A stretch of 64,000 bases of DNA from Desulfobacter sp. (GCA_036881925.1 JBAJNJ010000004.1:216100-280099), one strand, 5' to 3'; shown: positions 36,236 through 45,991, numbered from the stretch's first letter. A program made the numbers and translations. The notes: generated from the sequence alone by a model not told the origin.

Positions 36236-37300
36236 TCAGCCCATCTCTTTAAGGGCTTCGGCCTGGCTGTGGGTCCGCAGTTCGTCGATGATTTCCTGGA
36301 TACCCCCTTCCATGATATTGTCCAGCCGGTAGAGTGTCAGGCCGATCCTGTGGTCGGTCATCCTGCCCTGGGGGAAATTATAGGTCCGGATCCTTCCGGA
36401 GCGGTCCCCGGTGCCCACCTGGCCTTTCCTGTCTGCAGCCCGTTTTTCCTCTTCCTCACGAATCCTTGCGTCCAGAAGACGGGATTTGAGGACATTCATG
36501 GCTTTTGCCTTATTTTTGTGCTGGGATTTTTCATCCTGGCAGGTGGCCACCACGCCTGTGGGGATGTGGGTAATCCGGACGGCGGAGTCGGTTGTATTCA
36601 CCGACTGCCCTCCCGGGCCCGAAGACCGGAACACATCAATTTTCAGATCTGCCGGGTTAATGTCGATATCCACATCCTCGGCTTCAGGCAGCACGGCAAC
36701 CGTCACGGCAGAAGTATGTACCCTGCCCTGGGTCTCGGTTTCAGGCACCCGCTGCACCCGGTGGGTTCCGCTTTCGTATTTAAAATCCGAATATGCCCCT
36801 TTGCCCCGGACCAGGGAAACCACCTCTTTAAATCCGCCGGCGGAAGAGTCGTTTTTCTCAATGATTTCGATGCTCCAGTTCCGGGATTCCGCATACCTTG
36901 AATACATGCGGAACAAATCGCCAGCAAAGATACCAGCCTCTTCCCCGCCGGTCCCGGCGCGGATTTCCAGGATCACATTTTTACCGTCCCTGGGATCTTT
37001 GGGCATCAAAAGAACATTGAGTTCCGAATTCAGGGCCTCTATCCGGGTTTCAAGATCAGGGATTTCCTCTTTCGCCATGGCCCGGATATCCGGATCATCG
37101 TCCTTGAGCAGTTCCTTTGCTTCTTCAAGCTCTTCCAGCGCACCTTCATATGTCCGGAACACCGGCACGATCTTGTTCAATTCCCCGTGTTCTTTCAGGT
37201 ATTCCTGGTATTTTTTCTGATCACTGATCACTGCCGGATCACTCAGCAGCTGCTCAATTTTAATAAACCGCTCTTCAATGCCTTTTAATTTTTCAATCAT
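36236..37300 (-). CDS. prfA: peptide chain release factor 1
   Basis: '[24 protein letters not shown]' contains the GGQ motif. The RF1-type domain order is present. Confidence 0.96.
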   Translation of the reverse strand: MIEKLKGIEERFIKIEQLLSDPAVISDQKKYQEYLKEHGELNKIVPVFRTYEGALEELEEAKELLKDDDPDIRAMAKEEIPDLETRIEALNSELNVLLMPKDPRDGKNVILEIRAGTGGEEAGIFAGDLFRMYSRYAESRNWSIEIIEKNDSSAGGFKEVVSLVRGKGAYSDFKYESGTHRVQRVPETETQGRVHTSAVTVAVLPEAEDVDIDINPADLKIDVFRSSGPGGQSVNTTDSAVRITHIPTGVVATCQDEKSQHKNKAKAMNVLKSRLLDARIREEEEKRAADRKGQVGTGDRSGRIRTYNFPQGRMTDHRIGLTLYRLDNIMEGGIQEIIDELRTHSQAEALKEMG

Positions 37301-37322
37301 GACAACGCCCCGGGTAGAAAGT

Positions 37323-37352
37323 CAAAAAGGGGCGCTTTTAAAAAGCCCCCCT
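37323..37352 (-). terminator. terminator-like hairpin after rpmE
   Basis: Minus strand: GGGGGGCTTTT/AAAAGCGCCCC (one mismatch) followed by TTTTTG. Confidence 0.45.
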
Positions 37353-37375
37353 TTGATTGATTGCACAAGATGTAA

Positions 37376-37594
37376 TTAGACCAGCTTGCTTGCGTCAAAC
37401 CCTGCGTATTTTTTCTTGAAGCGGTCGATTCTACCGGCAGAGTCAACCAGTTTCTGTTTGCCGGTAAAAAACGGATGACACTGGGAACAGATTTCAACCT
37501 TAATTTTTTCCCTGGTGGATCCTACGTCAAAAGTTGCGCCGCATGCACAGGAAGCTATTGTCTTTGTGTAGTTCGGATGGATGTCTTTTTTCAT
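37376..37594 (-). CDS. rpmE: 50S ribosomal protein L31
   Basis: 'MKKDIHPNY...CACGATF...[13 protein letters not shown]' is the Zn-ribbon type. AAGGAG RBS upstream of M5. Confidence 0.94.
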   Translation of the reverse strand: MKKDIHPNYTKTIASCACGATFDVGSTREKIKVEICSQCHPFFTGKQKLVDSAGRIDRFKKKYAGFDASKLV

Positions 37595-37666
37595 GTTACA
37601 CGTCACTCCTTGGTCGGACCTTCGTTATAAAAAGCCCTTTATCTATAAAATAATAATAAAGTTTCC

Positions 37667-38914
37667 TTAAGAATTCATCAATTCAAGAAACTCTTTATTA
37701 TCCTTTGTTCCTTCCATTTTTTCAAGTAAAAACTGCATGCTGTCCACAGAATTTAAGCTGGAGAGCAGTTTTCGCAGGATCCAGACCCGGTTCAGCGTCA
37801 TGGGATCCAGCAGCAGTTCTTCCTTACGGGTGCCGGACTTGTTCATATCAATGGCAGGAAAAACACGTTTGTCCGCCAGTTTTCTATCCAGAACCAGTTC
37901 CATATTACCCGTGCCCTTGAATTCTTCAAAGATCACCTCGTCCATCCGGCTGCCGGTGTCCACCAGAGCCGTGGCGATAATGGTGAGACTGCCACCCTCT
38001 TCAATATTACGGGCCGCGCCGAAAAACCGTTTGGGCCGGTCAAGGGCATTTGAATCCACACCACCGGAAAGGATCTTGCCGGACGGCGGCATGACCGAGT
38101 TATACGCCCTGGCCAAACGGGTGATGCTGTCCAGCAGAATCACGACATCATGGCCCTGTTCAACGATCCGCTTGGCTTTCTCAATAACCATTTCAGCAAC
38201 CTGGACATGACGTTCCGATGGTTCGTCAAAGGTGGAGGAGATCACTTCCGCATCCACCGACCGTGCCATATCCGTCACTTCCTCGGGCCGTTCGTCAATC
38301 AGAACGATCATGGGGACGATATTTTTATGGGCTTTGATCATGGAGTTGGCAATATTCTGGAGCAGCATGGTCTTACCGGCCTTGGGCGGAGATACGATCA
38401 GGCCGCGCTGGCCGAAACCAATGGGCGCCATCAGGTCAATCACCCGTGTGGAGTAATTGTCCGATTCCGCCTCCAGATTCATTTTCCGGTCCGGATACAG
38501 AGGCATGAGATTGTCAAAAAGAATGGTTTCCGCAGCCATCTCGGGATTCAGGAAATTGACGGCCTCAACCTTGAGCAGGGCAAAGTATCGTTCTGAATCT
38601 TTGGGCTGGCGCACCTGGCCGGAAATGGTATCCCCTGTTCTCAGGTTGAATCTCCGGATCTGGGACGGCGATACGTAGATGTCATCAGGCCCGGGAAGAT
38701 AGTTGTATCCCGGGGCCCGTAAAAACCCAAACCCGTCCGGAAGAATCTCAAGGGTGCCTTCGCCGTAGATCTGGCCGCTTTCCTCGATATTGGCCTGGAG
38801 CAGGGCAAAGATCAATTCCTGTTTTTTAAGGCCTCCAATCCCCTGTATACTATACTTTTTAGCGAGCTTGGTCAGCTCACTGATTTTCATCTTATTGAGT
38901 TCTACAAGATTCAT
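37667..38914 (-). CDS. rho: transcription termination factor Rho
   Basis: Rho N-terminal and cold-shock-like RNA-binding domains, then '[12 protein letters not shown]' (Walker A) and '[16 protein letters not shown]'. Confidence 0.97.
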   Translation of the reverse strand: MNLVELNKMKISELTKLAKKYSIQGIGGLKKQELIFALLQANIEESGQIYGEGTLEILPDGFGFLRAPGYNYLPGPDDIYVSPSQIRRFNLRTGDTISGQVRQPKDSERYFALLKVEAVNFLNPEMAAETILFDNLMPLYPDRKMNLEAESDNYSTRVIDLMAPIGFGQRGLIVSPPKAGKTMLLQNIANSMIKAHKNIVPMIVLIDERPEEVTDMARSVDAEVISSTFDEPSERHVQVAEMVIEKAKRIVEQGHDVVILLDSITRLARAYNSVMPPSGKILSGGVDSNALDRPKRFFGAARNIEEGGSLTIIATALVDTGSRMDEVIFEEFKGTGNMELVLDRKLADKRVFPAIDMNKSGTRKEELLLDPMTLNRVWILRKLLSSLNSVDSMQFLLEKMEGTKDNKEFLELMNS

Positions 38915-39068
38915 TCAGTCTCCTGCGTATCCATTTATTTTGTAATCATGAGTATATTAAGATTTATTGTGTTAGGGATACCTTTTTGACAATCTGGAAG
39001 CCAAAGCGACCTGCGGAAAAAAAGATAGATTTTGAAGATCTTAATACAAGGGACTAAATAGTTCATAA

Positions 39069-39692
39069 TCATTTATTTGTCAAGCGCTGTTTTACTAGTT
39101 TTTTATACAAATCCGATACTTGCCGGGAGGCCGCCTCTGTCCCGCCCCGGTTGTAGATCACATGGTCCGCCCGTTGGATTTTTTCTTCCTGGGCCATTTG
39201 CAGAGACAGCATTTTACCGGCAGCCTCGCGGCTCACATTGTCCCGGGAGGAAATTCTTTCCAAAAGCGTTGCTTCATCACTTGCCACGGTCAGGGTGACA
39301 TCAAAACAGGCGTCCATCCCCAGTTCAAACAAAAGGGGAACTTCTACGGCACAGGCGGGTTCTCTGGAATAATCGGCAGTGTCCATCTGACGGACCATTT
39401 CTTCTATTATAATCGGATGAAGAATACTTTCCAGCTGTTTTCGCATATCCGGCCGGTCTAATATCATTTTTCGCAGCTTTGCCCTGTCCAGGCCGTGGTC
39501 CTCTCCCACCACACCCGGACCAAACGCGGCCACTACCTTATTATATGCTGCCCGTCCGGGCTCAACCACCTGCCTTGCGATGTTGTCACAGTCCAGCGTA
39601 ACCAGCCCCAACCTTGCAAACTCGCGGCAAACAAGGCTTTTGCCGGACCCTGCCGATCCGGTCACACCAATTCTCAGAATATTGTCTTTCAT
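39069..39692 (-). CDS. coaE: dephospho-CoA kinase
   Basis: 'IGVTGSAGSGKS' is the P-loop. 'VEVPLLFE' is also present. Confidence 0.9.
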   Translation of the reverse strand: MKDNILRIGVTGSAGSGKSLVCREFARLGLVTLDCDNIARQVVEPGRAAYNKVVAAFGPGVVGEDHGLDRAKLRKMILDRPDMRKQLESILHPIIIEEMVRQMDTADYSREPACAVEVPLLFELGMDACFDVTLTVASDEATLLERISSRDNVSREAAGKMLSLQMAQEEKIQRADHVIYNRGGTEAASRQVSDLYKKLVKQRLTNK

Positions 39693-39840
39693 ATCGCTCC
39701 GGTTTCTGTCATGGGAGTTGTCTTTTGACTGCCCGTTGCGGGCCGTGCCATAGGGTTTGACTTATAATATGGGATTATGCTAATTTTCAACCCCGCTGCA
39801 CCCTCAACCGTTAATTTAAAGAATTAAAAGGAGCACAATC

Positions 39841-40260
39841 GTGGAAAGAACTCTATCCATCATCAAGCCCGACGGCGTTCAGAAAAATATCATCGGCGAA
39901 GTTGTCAAACGATTTGAAACCAACGGCATCAAAATCGCTGCCATGAAAATGATCCACCTGACCAAACCCCAGGCCGAAGGGTTTTACGCCGTCCACAAAG
40001 AACGCCCCTTTTTCGGCAGCCTCACAGACTTCATGACATCCGGTCCCATTGTTGTCATGGTGCTTGAAGGTGAAAATGTAATCGCCCAAAATAGGAAACT
40101 CATGGGCGCCACCAATTTTAAAGAAGCAGAAGAAGGCACCATTCGCAGGGAATTTGCCACGGATATTGAAAAAAATGTGGTTCACGGTTCAGACGCCCCT
40201 GAAACGGCCGCCTTTGAAATCAGCTATTTTTTCAACGATCTTGAGATCCAGGCCCGGTAA
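39841..40260 (+). CDS. ndk: nucleoside-diphosphate kinase
   Basis: '[12 protein letters not shown]' and '[12 protein letters not shown]' (catalytic His). GTG start with AAGGAG 7 nt upstream. Confidence 0.95.
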   Translation: MERTLSIIKPDGVQKNIIGEVVKRFETNGIKIAAMKMIHLTKPQAEGFYAVHKERPFFGSLTDFMTSGPIVVMVLEGENVIAQNRKLMGATNFKEAEEGTIRREFATDIEKNVVHGSDAPETAAFEISYFFNDLEIQAR

Positions 40261-40311
40261 TTCAGCACCGTATACCACGTTCCAAATCCGGTTCGCCTTT
40301 GGCCGGTATCA

Positions 40312-40356
40312 CACCCCCTGCCCCCTGATGGTTTTGGGCAGGGGGTGATGTATTTT
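40312..40356 (+). terminator. rho-independent terminator after ndk
   Basis: 11-bp stem CACCCCCTGCC (40312-40322) / GGCAGGGGGTG (40337-40347), followed by a T-rich tail. Confidence 0.6.
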
Positions 40357-40378
40357 CAACCATCTGATGTCCGTCATA

Positions 40379-41245
40379 TCAACCCGGCCCATTTTTTAGG
40401 TTCATTTTTCCGGTGCGGTAGCCGTCCAAGTCCAGGGCGACAAAGTCAAACCCGATTTCTTTCAATGCACCCGAGACCTTTTCCCGGGCATTGGGAGCCA
40501 TCAGCATATCCACCTCGTCAAAAAGGGTTTCGATCCGTGCCATACTGCCGTGGCACCGGACCCTGACCTGTGTCAGCCCCAATTCATGAAGAAATGCCTC
40601 TGCCTGCTCTATTCTCTCAAGTTTCTCAAGGGTGATAGGCTCTCCAACCGGAATGCGGGTCGCCAGGCAAGATTGGGAAGGAATGTGCCAGGTGTCAAGC
40701 CCCATCTGCCTTGAACATTCCCGGATTTCTTGTTTTGAAAACCCTGCCTCAACCAGCGGGGCTTTGAACCCAAGCTCTTTTGCCGCTTCAATCCCGGGCC
40801 GGTAATCCCCAAGGTCATCCAGGTTGATGCCATGGACCAGTGTATGGATTCCGCGCTCCCGGGCCGCATCCCTGATCATGGAAAATCCCTGTTGCTTGCA
40901 GAAGTAACAACGCTTCTCATCATTCCGGACCACATCCTCGCAATTCAGGATATCTGATTCCAAGCACAAATGGTCCACGCCCATCTGTCTTACCAATGAA
41001 AGGACCCGCTGCTTTTCCCTGCGTGTAAAAAAACAGGAGATAAGGGTCACTGCAAGGATGGTGTCAACACCGCCGGCAATTGCCGCTGCCAGCACAAAGG
41101 TGGAATCCACACCACCTGAGAATGCCAGTGCAATACGTTTATACCCTTTTAACTCGGCAGTGAGCCGGTCAAATTTTTCCCTGTACTCCCGGGATATCGC
41201 CAATGCATTAAGGTTCATAAATTTCAAACTTGGTTCCTGAATCAA
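40379..41245 (-). CDS. larE: PP-loop ATP-utilising enzyme, LarE-like sacrificial sulfur transferase
   Basis: 'IALAFSGGVDSTFV' is the PP-loop, and the conserved Cys lies in 'PSQSCLATRIP'. The start is uncertain (M1 or M10). Confidence 0.78.
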   Translation of the reverse strand: MIQEPSLKFMNLNALAISREYREKFDRLTAELKGYKRIALAFSGGVDSTFVLAAAIAGGVDTILAVTLISCFFTRREKQRVLSLVRQMGVDHLCLESDILNCEDVVRNDEKRCYFCKQQGFSMIRDAARERGIHTLVHGINLDDLGDYRPGIEAAKELGFKAPLVEAGFSKQEIRECSRQMGLDTWHIPSQSCLATRIPVGEPITLEKLERIEQAEAFLHELGLTQVRVRCHGSMARIETLFDEVDMLMAPNAREKVSGALKEIGFDFVALDLDGYRTGKMNLKNGPG

Positions 41246-41498
41246 TCAGGGCATCAATCCGCTCCTGATACGCCATACGCTGCTCGCTGATCAACCAGTG
41301 GGACCAGTCTTCCACGGTTTCCCACTTGGAAATCACCAGGTACTCTTCCGGCTGGTCTGTCCGTTTCATGGTTTCCGCACTGATATATCCCGGCCATGTT
41401 ACTGCCTGGGCCACCAATTCCTTGTAAAGGTTTTCCAGAAGCTCACCCTTGCCTGCTGTGGCTTTTCGCCTGATCAATATCGTAACAGCCATGTTCAC
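41208..41498 (-). CDS. antibiotic-biosynthesis-monooxygenase (ABM) domain protein
   Basis: 96 aa ferredoxin-like ABM pattern ('GYISAETMKR...YLVISKWETVEDWSHW'). It overlaps the annotated larE start. Confidence 0.68.
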   Translation of the reverse strand: MNMAVTILIRRKATAGKGELLENLYKELVAQAVTWPGYISAETMKRTDQPEEYLVISKWETVEDWSHWLISEQRMAYQERIDALIDSGTKFEIYEP

Positions 41499-41573
41499 CT
41501 CCTGGTTGGTTTTGGTTTCAACCTTACTATCATATTATCCTCACAATGGCCAAATTTTCAATCAATATAATTC

Positions 41574-41603
41574 TTGACTTTGGCGAGCAGTTTAGTGTAT
41601 AAA
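41574..41603 (+). promoter_or_regulatory. candidate sigma70 promoter for tRNA-Gln
   Basis: TTGACT (41574-41579), an 18-nt spacer, then TATAAA (41598-41603), about 18 nt before the tRNA 5' end. Confidence 0.45.
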
Positions 41604-41621
41604 CCCCAACGTTGATTCTGC

Positions 41622-41695
41622 TGGCTGATCGTCCAATGGCAGGACTACGGACTCTGACTCCGTCAATCTAGGTTCGAATCCTAGTCAGCCAGCCA
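41622..41695 (+). tRNA. tRNA-Gln (anticodon CUG)
   Basis: The cloverleaf folds by hand. Acceptor TGGCTGA/TCAGCCA, D stem GTCC/GGAC, anticodon stem ACGGA/TCCGT with loop CT-CTG-AC, T arm CTAGG-TTCGAAT-CCTAG, discriminator G and an encoded CCA. Length 74 nt. Confidence 0.93.
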
Positions 41696-41711
41696 TCACT
41701 GAATATGAAAG

Positions 41712-41742
41712 GCTTTTGAGAATTTTTTCAAAAGCTTTTTTT
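41712..41742 (+). terminator. rho-independent terminator after tRNA-Gln
   Basis: GCTTTTGA (41712-41719) pairs with TCAAAAGC (41728-41735), followed by TTTTTTT. Confidence 0.65.
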
Positions 41743-42009
41743 GCTTTCAATCAATCTCGTTCCCACTTAACCTAGATATTTCATCAAGCTGTCCTATTGT
41801 AAAGTGTCACGCAATCTCAGGAAATCTGTCAGCCGATCTCAGATATTTAAAATTTTAAACGATACACTCTATACTCCGGATTTTTTGGCAGGCAGGAGTA
41901 TAATTTATAATTCGGATTTTCTAACGGCTTAACTGATGTGCCGCACCACGGTACTTGAAAAAGGCGGCTTTGTTGCTCGCGATCCTTTCCTGTGATGGGT
42001 TATATGATT

Positions 42010-42705
42010 TTATGTTAAAAGATTCAGAGCGTAATCAAAGGCTTTCTTAAACATTGAAAAGAGAGCATTCCCTTTATCGGTGTCCAGGCTAAGTGTTATT
42101 GATATACTAATAATTGTTGAGATTGCGATCGCTTGCCAGTCAAATTTATTTAACTCATCAAGCTTGCGAGATAAATATGAAAGCTTTTCATCTATAATTT
42201 TTATTTCTTCACTTGAGGGGTTGTAGTGAGAAATTAGTTCGATTTTAAAGCTTTTTAAAGCAGTTCGGATTCTCTCTTTCTCAATTTTATTGAAAGGCTT
42301 GTGAGAATCAGATTCTTCGAATTTAATATTTGATATCGTAGAATTCTTAATTTGGTTCCAAAGGTCTGGAGTCTCAATTTCATTAAGATACACTTTTACG
42401 TGGCTTTTTAACCAATTGGCAAAGGTTTCTAACAGCCCATCTATACCCATCCAATCATTACCAAATGTGCCATCAGGATAGTACTCAGATTTCGGGAAGT
42501 TGGGAGCAAATTGAATATATCGGCAATCAAAAGAATGAAAGTCATCCGTTTCATTCCGGGCCATAAAAAATAGTGGTGTATTTTCAAGCCTAAGAATAAA
42601 TGCTGGTTTATTATCGACTTCCTTTTCAATATGCCTGAAATGAGAAGGGTCTAATTTGTTTGCATTAATTACATCGATAAAACGGTTTTTATCTTTTTTC
42701 AGCAT
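42010..42705 (-). CDS. orphan hypothetical protein (231 aa) in the low-GC islet, with a C-terminal hydrophobic segment
   Basis: It is the only ORF of at least 60 aa in a roughly 1.4 kb AT-rich stretch. Lys/Asn/Ile-rich composition. A helical 'EKLSYLSRKLDELNKFDW' is followed by 'QAIAISTIISISITLSL'. No family was recognised. Confidence 0.6.
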   Translation of the reverse strand: MLKKDKNRFIDVINANKLDPSHFRHIEKEVDNKPAFILRLENTPLFFMARNETDDFHSFDCRYIQFAPNFPKSEYYPDGTFGNDWMGIDGLLETFANWLKSHVKVYLNEIETPDLWNQIKNSTISNIKFEESDSHKPFNKIEKERIRTALKSFKIELISHYNPSSEEIKIIDEKLSYLSRKLDELNKFDWQAIAISTIISISITLSLDTDKGNALFSMFKKAFDYALNLLT

Positions 42706-43298
42706 ATAGTGTTCCTATTGGCACAAAACATCGCGAATCGGCCGCGCGGCTTTTTCTGTCTGCAACATTAGATTTAAATGATATCCGACAAGATAAAGAT
42801 TGATCGGACACATCCAAGAATAACGATTATTGGACATTAAATTGATTTTTCGGAAAAATCAAGAATCCGGTTTATATCTTATAAAGTTGATTCCTCGTTT
42901 ATAGATTTCATCCGGTATTAAAACGATTAAAGAGGCCCTATATTCCAACGAAAAAAGGATCTGCTGTCAAATTGTTTTTTATCTACGGCCCGAATCATTT
43001 TTCCCATGTAAAAAACGCAGGAAAGATGCGCCCATCACGCATCTTTTATTGACAATCCCATGAAAAGGAATAGACTGTTTTCAGCCGCATCTTTTGGGCG
43101 GCAGGCATGGAACACCATGGGTAAAACCTGCCGGATGATCGTCCAGACGTTCACGTATCATTCAATCCGGCTGACGATGTGATTTTCTGTTTGTTTCAGA
43201 TTTTCCTTTTGCACGCATCCCAGCGCATGAAGGATCGTTTCCAAAACGCATTAACAACCATTCATAACGGGGTGAATCATTCCCGGGGAGTTGGGCAT

Positions 43299-43670
43299 AT
43301 GGGGTTCGCACTTGAGCGGCATGACCATTATCTTGAAATTGTTTTTGACGGGGTTCTCGTAAAACAAACCATTCTTGAATCGTTGAACCAGTTGCTGAAC
43401 CACCCTGAGTATTATGAAAAACACTCCCTGTGGAATATGTCTGCAAGCCGCCTGGGATTTTCCATTGGTGATGCCAAGGAAATCATAGGGGTGATGCATC
43501 TGTTCAAGCCCAGGCAGAAGCACTTTGCCAACAAGTCCGTTCTTCTTGTCTCGGGCCCGATGGGCCTGTCAATGGTGAGAATGTTTACTGAAATGGCCCA
43601 GGACCTGCCATTTGAATTCAGCGTGTTTTCAGATCATTCCAAGGCCCGGGCCCACCTGGGGGACAATTAA
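43299..43670 (+). CDS. hypothetical protein (123 aa from the preferred start; ORF opens at 43179)
   Basis: GGGGAG lies 8 nt upstream of the ATG at 43299. The alternating pattern 'HYLEIVFDGVL...' suggests a small alpha/beta domain, possibly STAS-like. This is weak. Confidence 0.45.
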   Translation: MGFALERHDHYLEIVFDGVLVKQTILESLNQLLNHPEYYEKHSLWNMSASRLGFSIGDAKEIIGVMHLFKPRQKHFANKSVLLVSGPMGLSMVRMFTEMAQDLPFEFSVFSDHSKARAHLGDN

Positions 43671-43717
43671 AGGAAGCGATTTTTTATCCCGGCCGGCCCG
43701 GAAATTTTTGAGCCGGA

Positions 43718-45127
43718 TCATTTTGTGGGCACCTCATTGTCAATATCGGCATAGGCGTCGCCATCCCCTTCGGGAGGCTGTTCCCGGAGTTCCCTGGGCA
43801 GCACGATATTCAGGAATACAGCGGTCAACCCGCCTGTTGTGATGGCTGAGCCAAAAATCTGCCGGACCAGGTCCGGGAAAATTCCCAGGATTTCCGGGCG
43901 AAAGACCACGCCCAGGCCAAGCCCCAGGGAGATTGCCATGATCAGCACCCCTCTTCTGTCGATAATGCTGGAAGCAATAATCCGGATGCCTGAGGCTGCC
44001 ACAGTGCCGAACATGATAATGGTGGCCCCGCCAAGCACGGCATTGGGAAGGATTGAAAACAGGCCGCCCACCACCGGGAACATCCCGAACAACGCCAGAA
44101 GTCCGGCAATCCAGTATCCCACATGGCGGCTGGCCACCCCTGTCATCTGGATGACCCCGTTGTTCTGGCTGAAGGTTGTGTTGGGAAAAGAGTTGAACAC
44201 GGCGGCCAGCACGGAATTCACCCCGTCTCCGAACACCCCGCCCGCGATCCGTTTCAGGTACCCATCGCCTTTGATGGGTTCCCCGGAAACCATGGCCGTG
44301 GCGGTAAGGTCTCCGATGGACTCAACCGCTGTGATCATATAGAGCAATATCATGGGAATGACATGGCCCCAGGAAATATAAAACCCGAATTTAAAGGGCA
44401 CTGGTGCGGCAAAAACAGGCAGGGCAGACATTTTTTCAAACTGCACCAGCCCCATGGCAGCGGCGGCAAGATAGCCCGTTACCAGCCCGATCACGATGGC
44501 GCCCATGCGCAGCCACCGGTTCCGGGCCCGGTTCAGGGCAATGATGGTGATGATCACCAGGGATGCCAACCCCAGATTCACGGCATTGCCGTAAAGATCG
44601 GGCCTGTTGGTCAGCAGCCACTGGCCGCCGCCGATGTCGGTGATGCCCACCCGTATCAGGGACAGGCCGATAAGGGTGACCACAATCCCGCTGACAAGGG
44701 GAGTGATAATCTGCCTGAGCAGGGGAATAAAGCGGCTGAAAATCATTTCAACCGGGGCGCAGATCAGGGCCACCCCGAAAATGGTGCCCAGGGCCTGGCC
44801 TGTTGTGCCGCCCGCACTTTTTACGGACATGCCGATCCCGATGCAAAGCCCCAGGAAGGTGAAGCTGGTGCCCTGGATGCTGAGAAGCCCGGACCCGGCA
44901 GGACCGATTTTTTTAACCTGTATAAACGTGGCAAGCCCGGAAACGAAAAGGGACATGCTGATAATGTACGTTTTTTGATCCGGGGGCAGGTCCAGAGCGC
45001 CTCCGATGATCAGGGGCGGGGTGACAATGCCGATGAAAATGGCCAGCAAATGCTGGAGTGCAGCCAAGAACGACTGCCCGGCAGATGGCTTGTCGTTCAG
45101 CCCGATGATGATGTCAGAATTTTGCAT
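43718..45127 (-). CDS. nucleobase:cation symporter-2 (NCS2) family purine/xanthine-uracil permease
   Basis: 469 aa, about 13 TM helices. 'FLAALQHLLAIFIGIVTPPLII' and the 'NTTFSQNNGVIQMTGVASR' region are typical NCS2 motifs. Confidence 0.9.
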   Translation of the reverse strand: MQNSDIIIGLNDKPSAGQSFLAALQHLLAIFIGIVTPPLIIGGALDLPPDQKTYIISMSLFVSGLATFIQVKKIGPAGSGLLSIQGTSFTFLGLCIGIGMSVKSAGGTTGQALGTIFGVALICAPVEMIFSRFIPLLRQIITPLVSGIVVTLIGLSLIRVGITDIGGGQWLLTNRPDLYGNAVNLGLASLVIITIIALNRARNRWLRMGAIVIGLVTGYLAAAAMGLVQFEKMSALPVFAAPVPFKFGFYISWGHVIPMILLYMITAVESIGDLTATAMVSGEPIKGDGYLKRIAGGVFGDGVNSVLAAVFNSFPNTTFSQNNGVIQMTGVASRHVGYWIAGLLALFGMFPVVGGLFSILPNAVLGGATIIMFGTVAASGIRIIASSIIDRRGVLIMAISLGLGLGVVFRPEILGIFPDLVRQIFGSAITTGGLTAVFLNIVLPRELREQPPEGDGDAYADIDNEVPTK

Positions 45128-45346
45128 GGTTTATCTCTCCCCGGAAAAAAATATCCCTATATACACCACCCCGGCCCGGATCGTACATACATATCCCGGG
45201 AAATCGTTCAAAAAAATGCCGGGCAACTTCCGGAAAAACCTGTGCCGGGCCGGATAAACAAGGGGCTGATTTCTGCATATTTTAAGGATATCAAAAGCAT
45301 CCCAACACTTTGATATCAAATAATTATCAGATATTTATCTATTTCC

Positions 45347-45374
45347 TTGACTCTTTGGAAAAACTCTCTATCAT
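45347..45374 (+). promoter_or_regulatory. candidate sigma70 promoter for the HU/IHF-like gene
   Basis: TTGACT (45347-45352), a 16-nt spacer, then TATCAT (45369-45374). Confidence 0.4.
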
Positions 45375-45418
45375 TACTCCAGCAATCCAAATAAAAACAA
45401 AAGGAAAAGGCTCTTATT

Positions 45419-45709
45419 TTGACCTGCACCAAAACCACACTCATTGAAAAAATTTCCGATCTGTTTGATCAAAAACCTGTTGAGGCCAAAGAAACCGTTG
45501 AAACCTTGATTGAGATCATCAAGTCGACCCTGGCATCGGGCGAAGATATTATGATTTCAGGTTTCGGAAAATTCCAGGTGATTGAAAAAGCGCCACGAAA
45601 AGGCAGAAATCCCGCCACTGGAGATTCAATGATCCTGGACAAAAGACGGGTGGTGACGTTTAAATGCGCCGGTAAACTCAAGGACCGGATGAATAACGGC
45701 CTGAATTAA
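45419..45709 (+). CDS. HU/IHF-family DNA-binding protein (IHF-alpha-like)
   Basis: 'ISGFGKFQVIEKAPRKGRNPATGDSMILDKRRVVTFKCAGKLKD' is the beta-arm with the intercalating Pro. TTG start. Confidence 0.85.
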   Translation: MTCTKTTLIEKISDLFDQKPVEAKETVETLIEIIKSTLASGEDIMISGFGKFQVIEKAPRKGRNPATGDSMILDKRRVVTFKCAGKLKDRMNNGLN

Positions 45710-45747
45710 AAGTACCCCAAAAGTATCAAAGGCTGTTCCGCCTTAAC

Positions 45748-45984
45748 ATGACTGCCGTTAAAGTTCCATATGATCAGCTCAGCAGGGAAGCCCTTTACGG
45801 GGTGATTGAAGAATTTGTGACCCGTGACGGCACGGATTACGGCGAATTTGAAGCCTCTTTACAGACAAAAGTGAACCAGGTCATGACACAATTAACCTCG
45901 GGCAAGGCTGTGATCGTGTTTGATCCGGAATCGGAAACCACGACCATTCTAAACAGTGACGACCCGGCGTTACGGACGCTCTGA
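45748..45984 (+). CDS. YheU-family (UPF0270) protein
   Basis: 'VPYDQLSREALYGVIEEFVTRDGTDYGE' matches the YheU pattern. Confidence 0.78.
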   Translation: MTAVKVPYDQLSREALYGVIEEFVTRDGTDYGEFEASLQTKVNQVMTQLTSGKAVIVFDPESETTTILNSDDPALRTL

Positions 45985-45991
45985 CCCGCCA

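Noticed and set aside
24645-39692. The 15-kb co-directional block purQ-purL-rseP-dxr-cdsA-uppS-frr-pyrH-tsf-rpsB-prmC-prfA-rpmE-rho-coaE, considered as something unusual.
   Set aside because: The core (rpsB-tsf-pyrH-frr-uppS-cdsA-dxr-rseP) is a widely conserved bacterial gene string. The remainder are ordinary housekeeping genes. Apart from the pyrH-frr hairpin, nothing here is anomalous.
42706-43178. A search for a direct repeat of the tRNA-Gln 3' end (att-like, '...GGTTCGAATCCTAGTCAGCCAGCCA') or integrase remnants bounding the low-GC islet.
   Set aside because: Only trivial 6-7 nt matches were seen by eye ('GAATCC', 'TCAGCCG'), and there is no integrase-like ORF. The islet boundary therefore rests on composition alone. 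A computational repeat search is needed.
45128-45346. A possible purine riboswitch in the 5' leader of the NCS2 purine permease.
   Set aside because: Reading the minus-strand leader, I could not find the conserved junction sequences (the U-rich J2/3 'UUUCUACC'-type and 'CCGUAAAU'-type segments) or a three-way junction. Only generic GC hairpins and a TTTGATATCAAA palindrome are present. A covariance-model scan would settle it.
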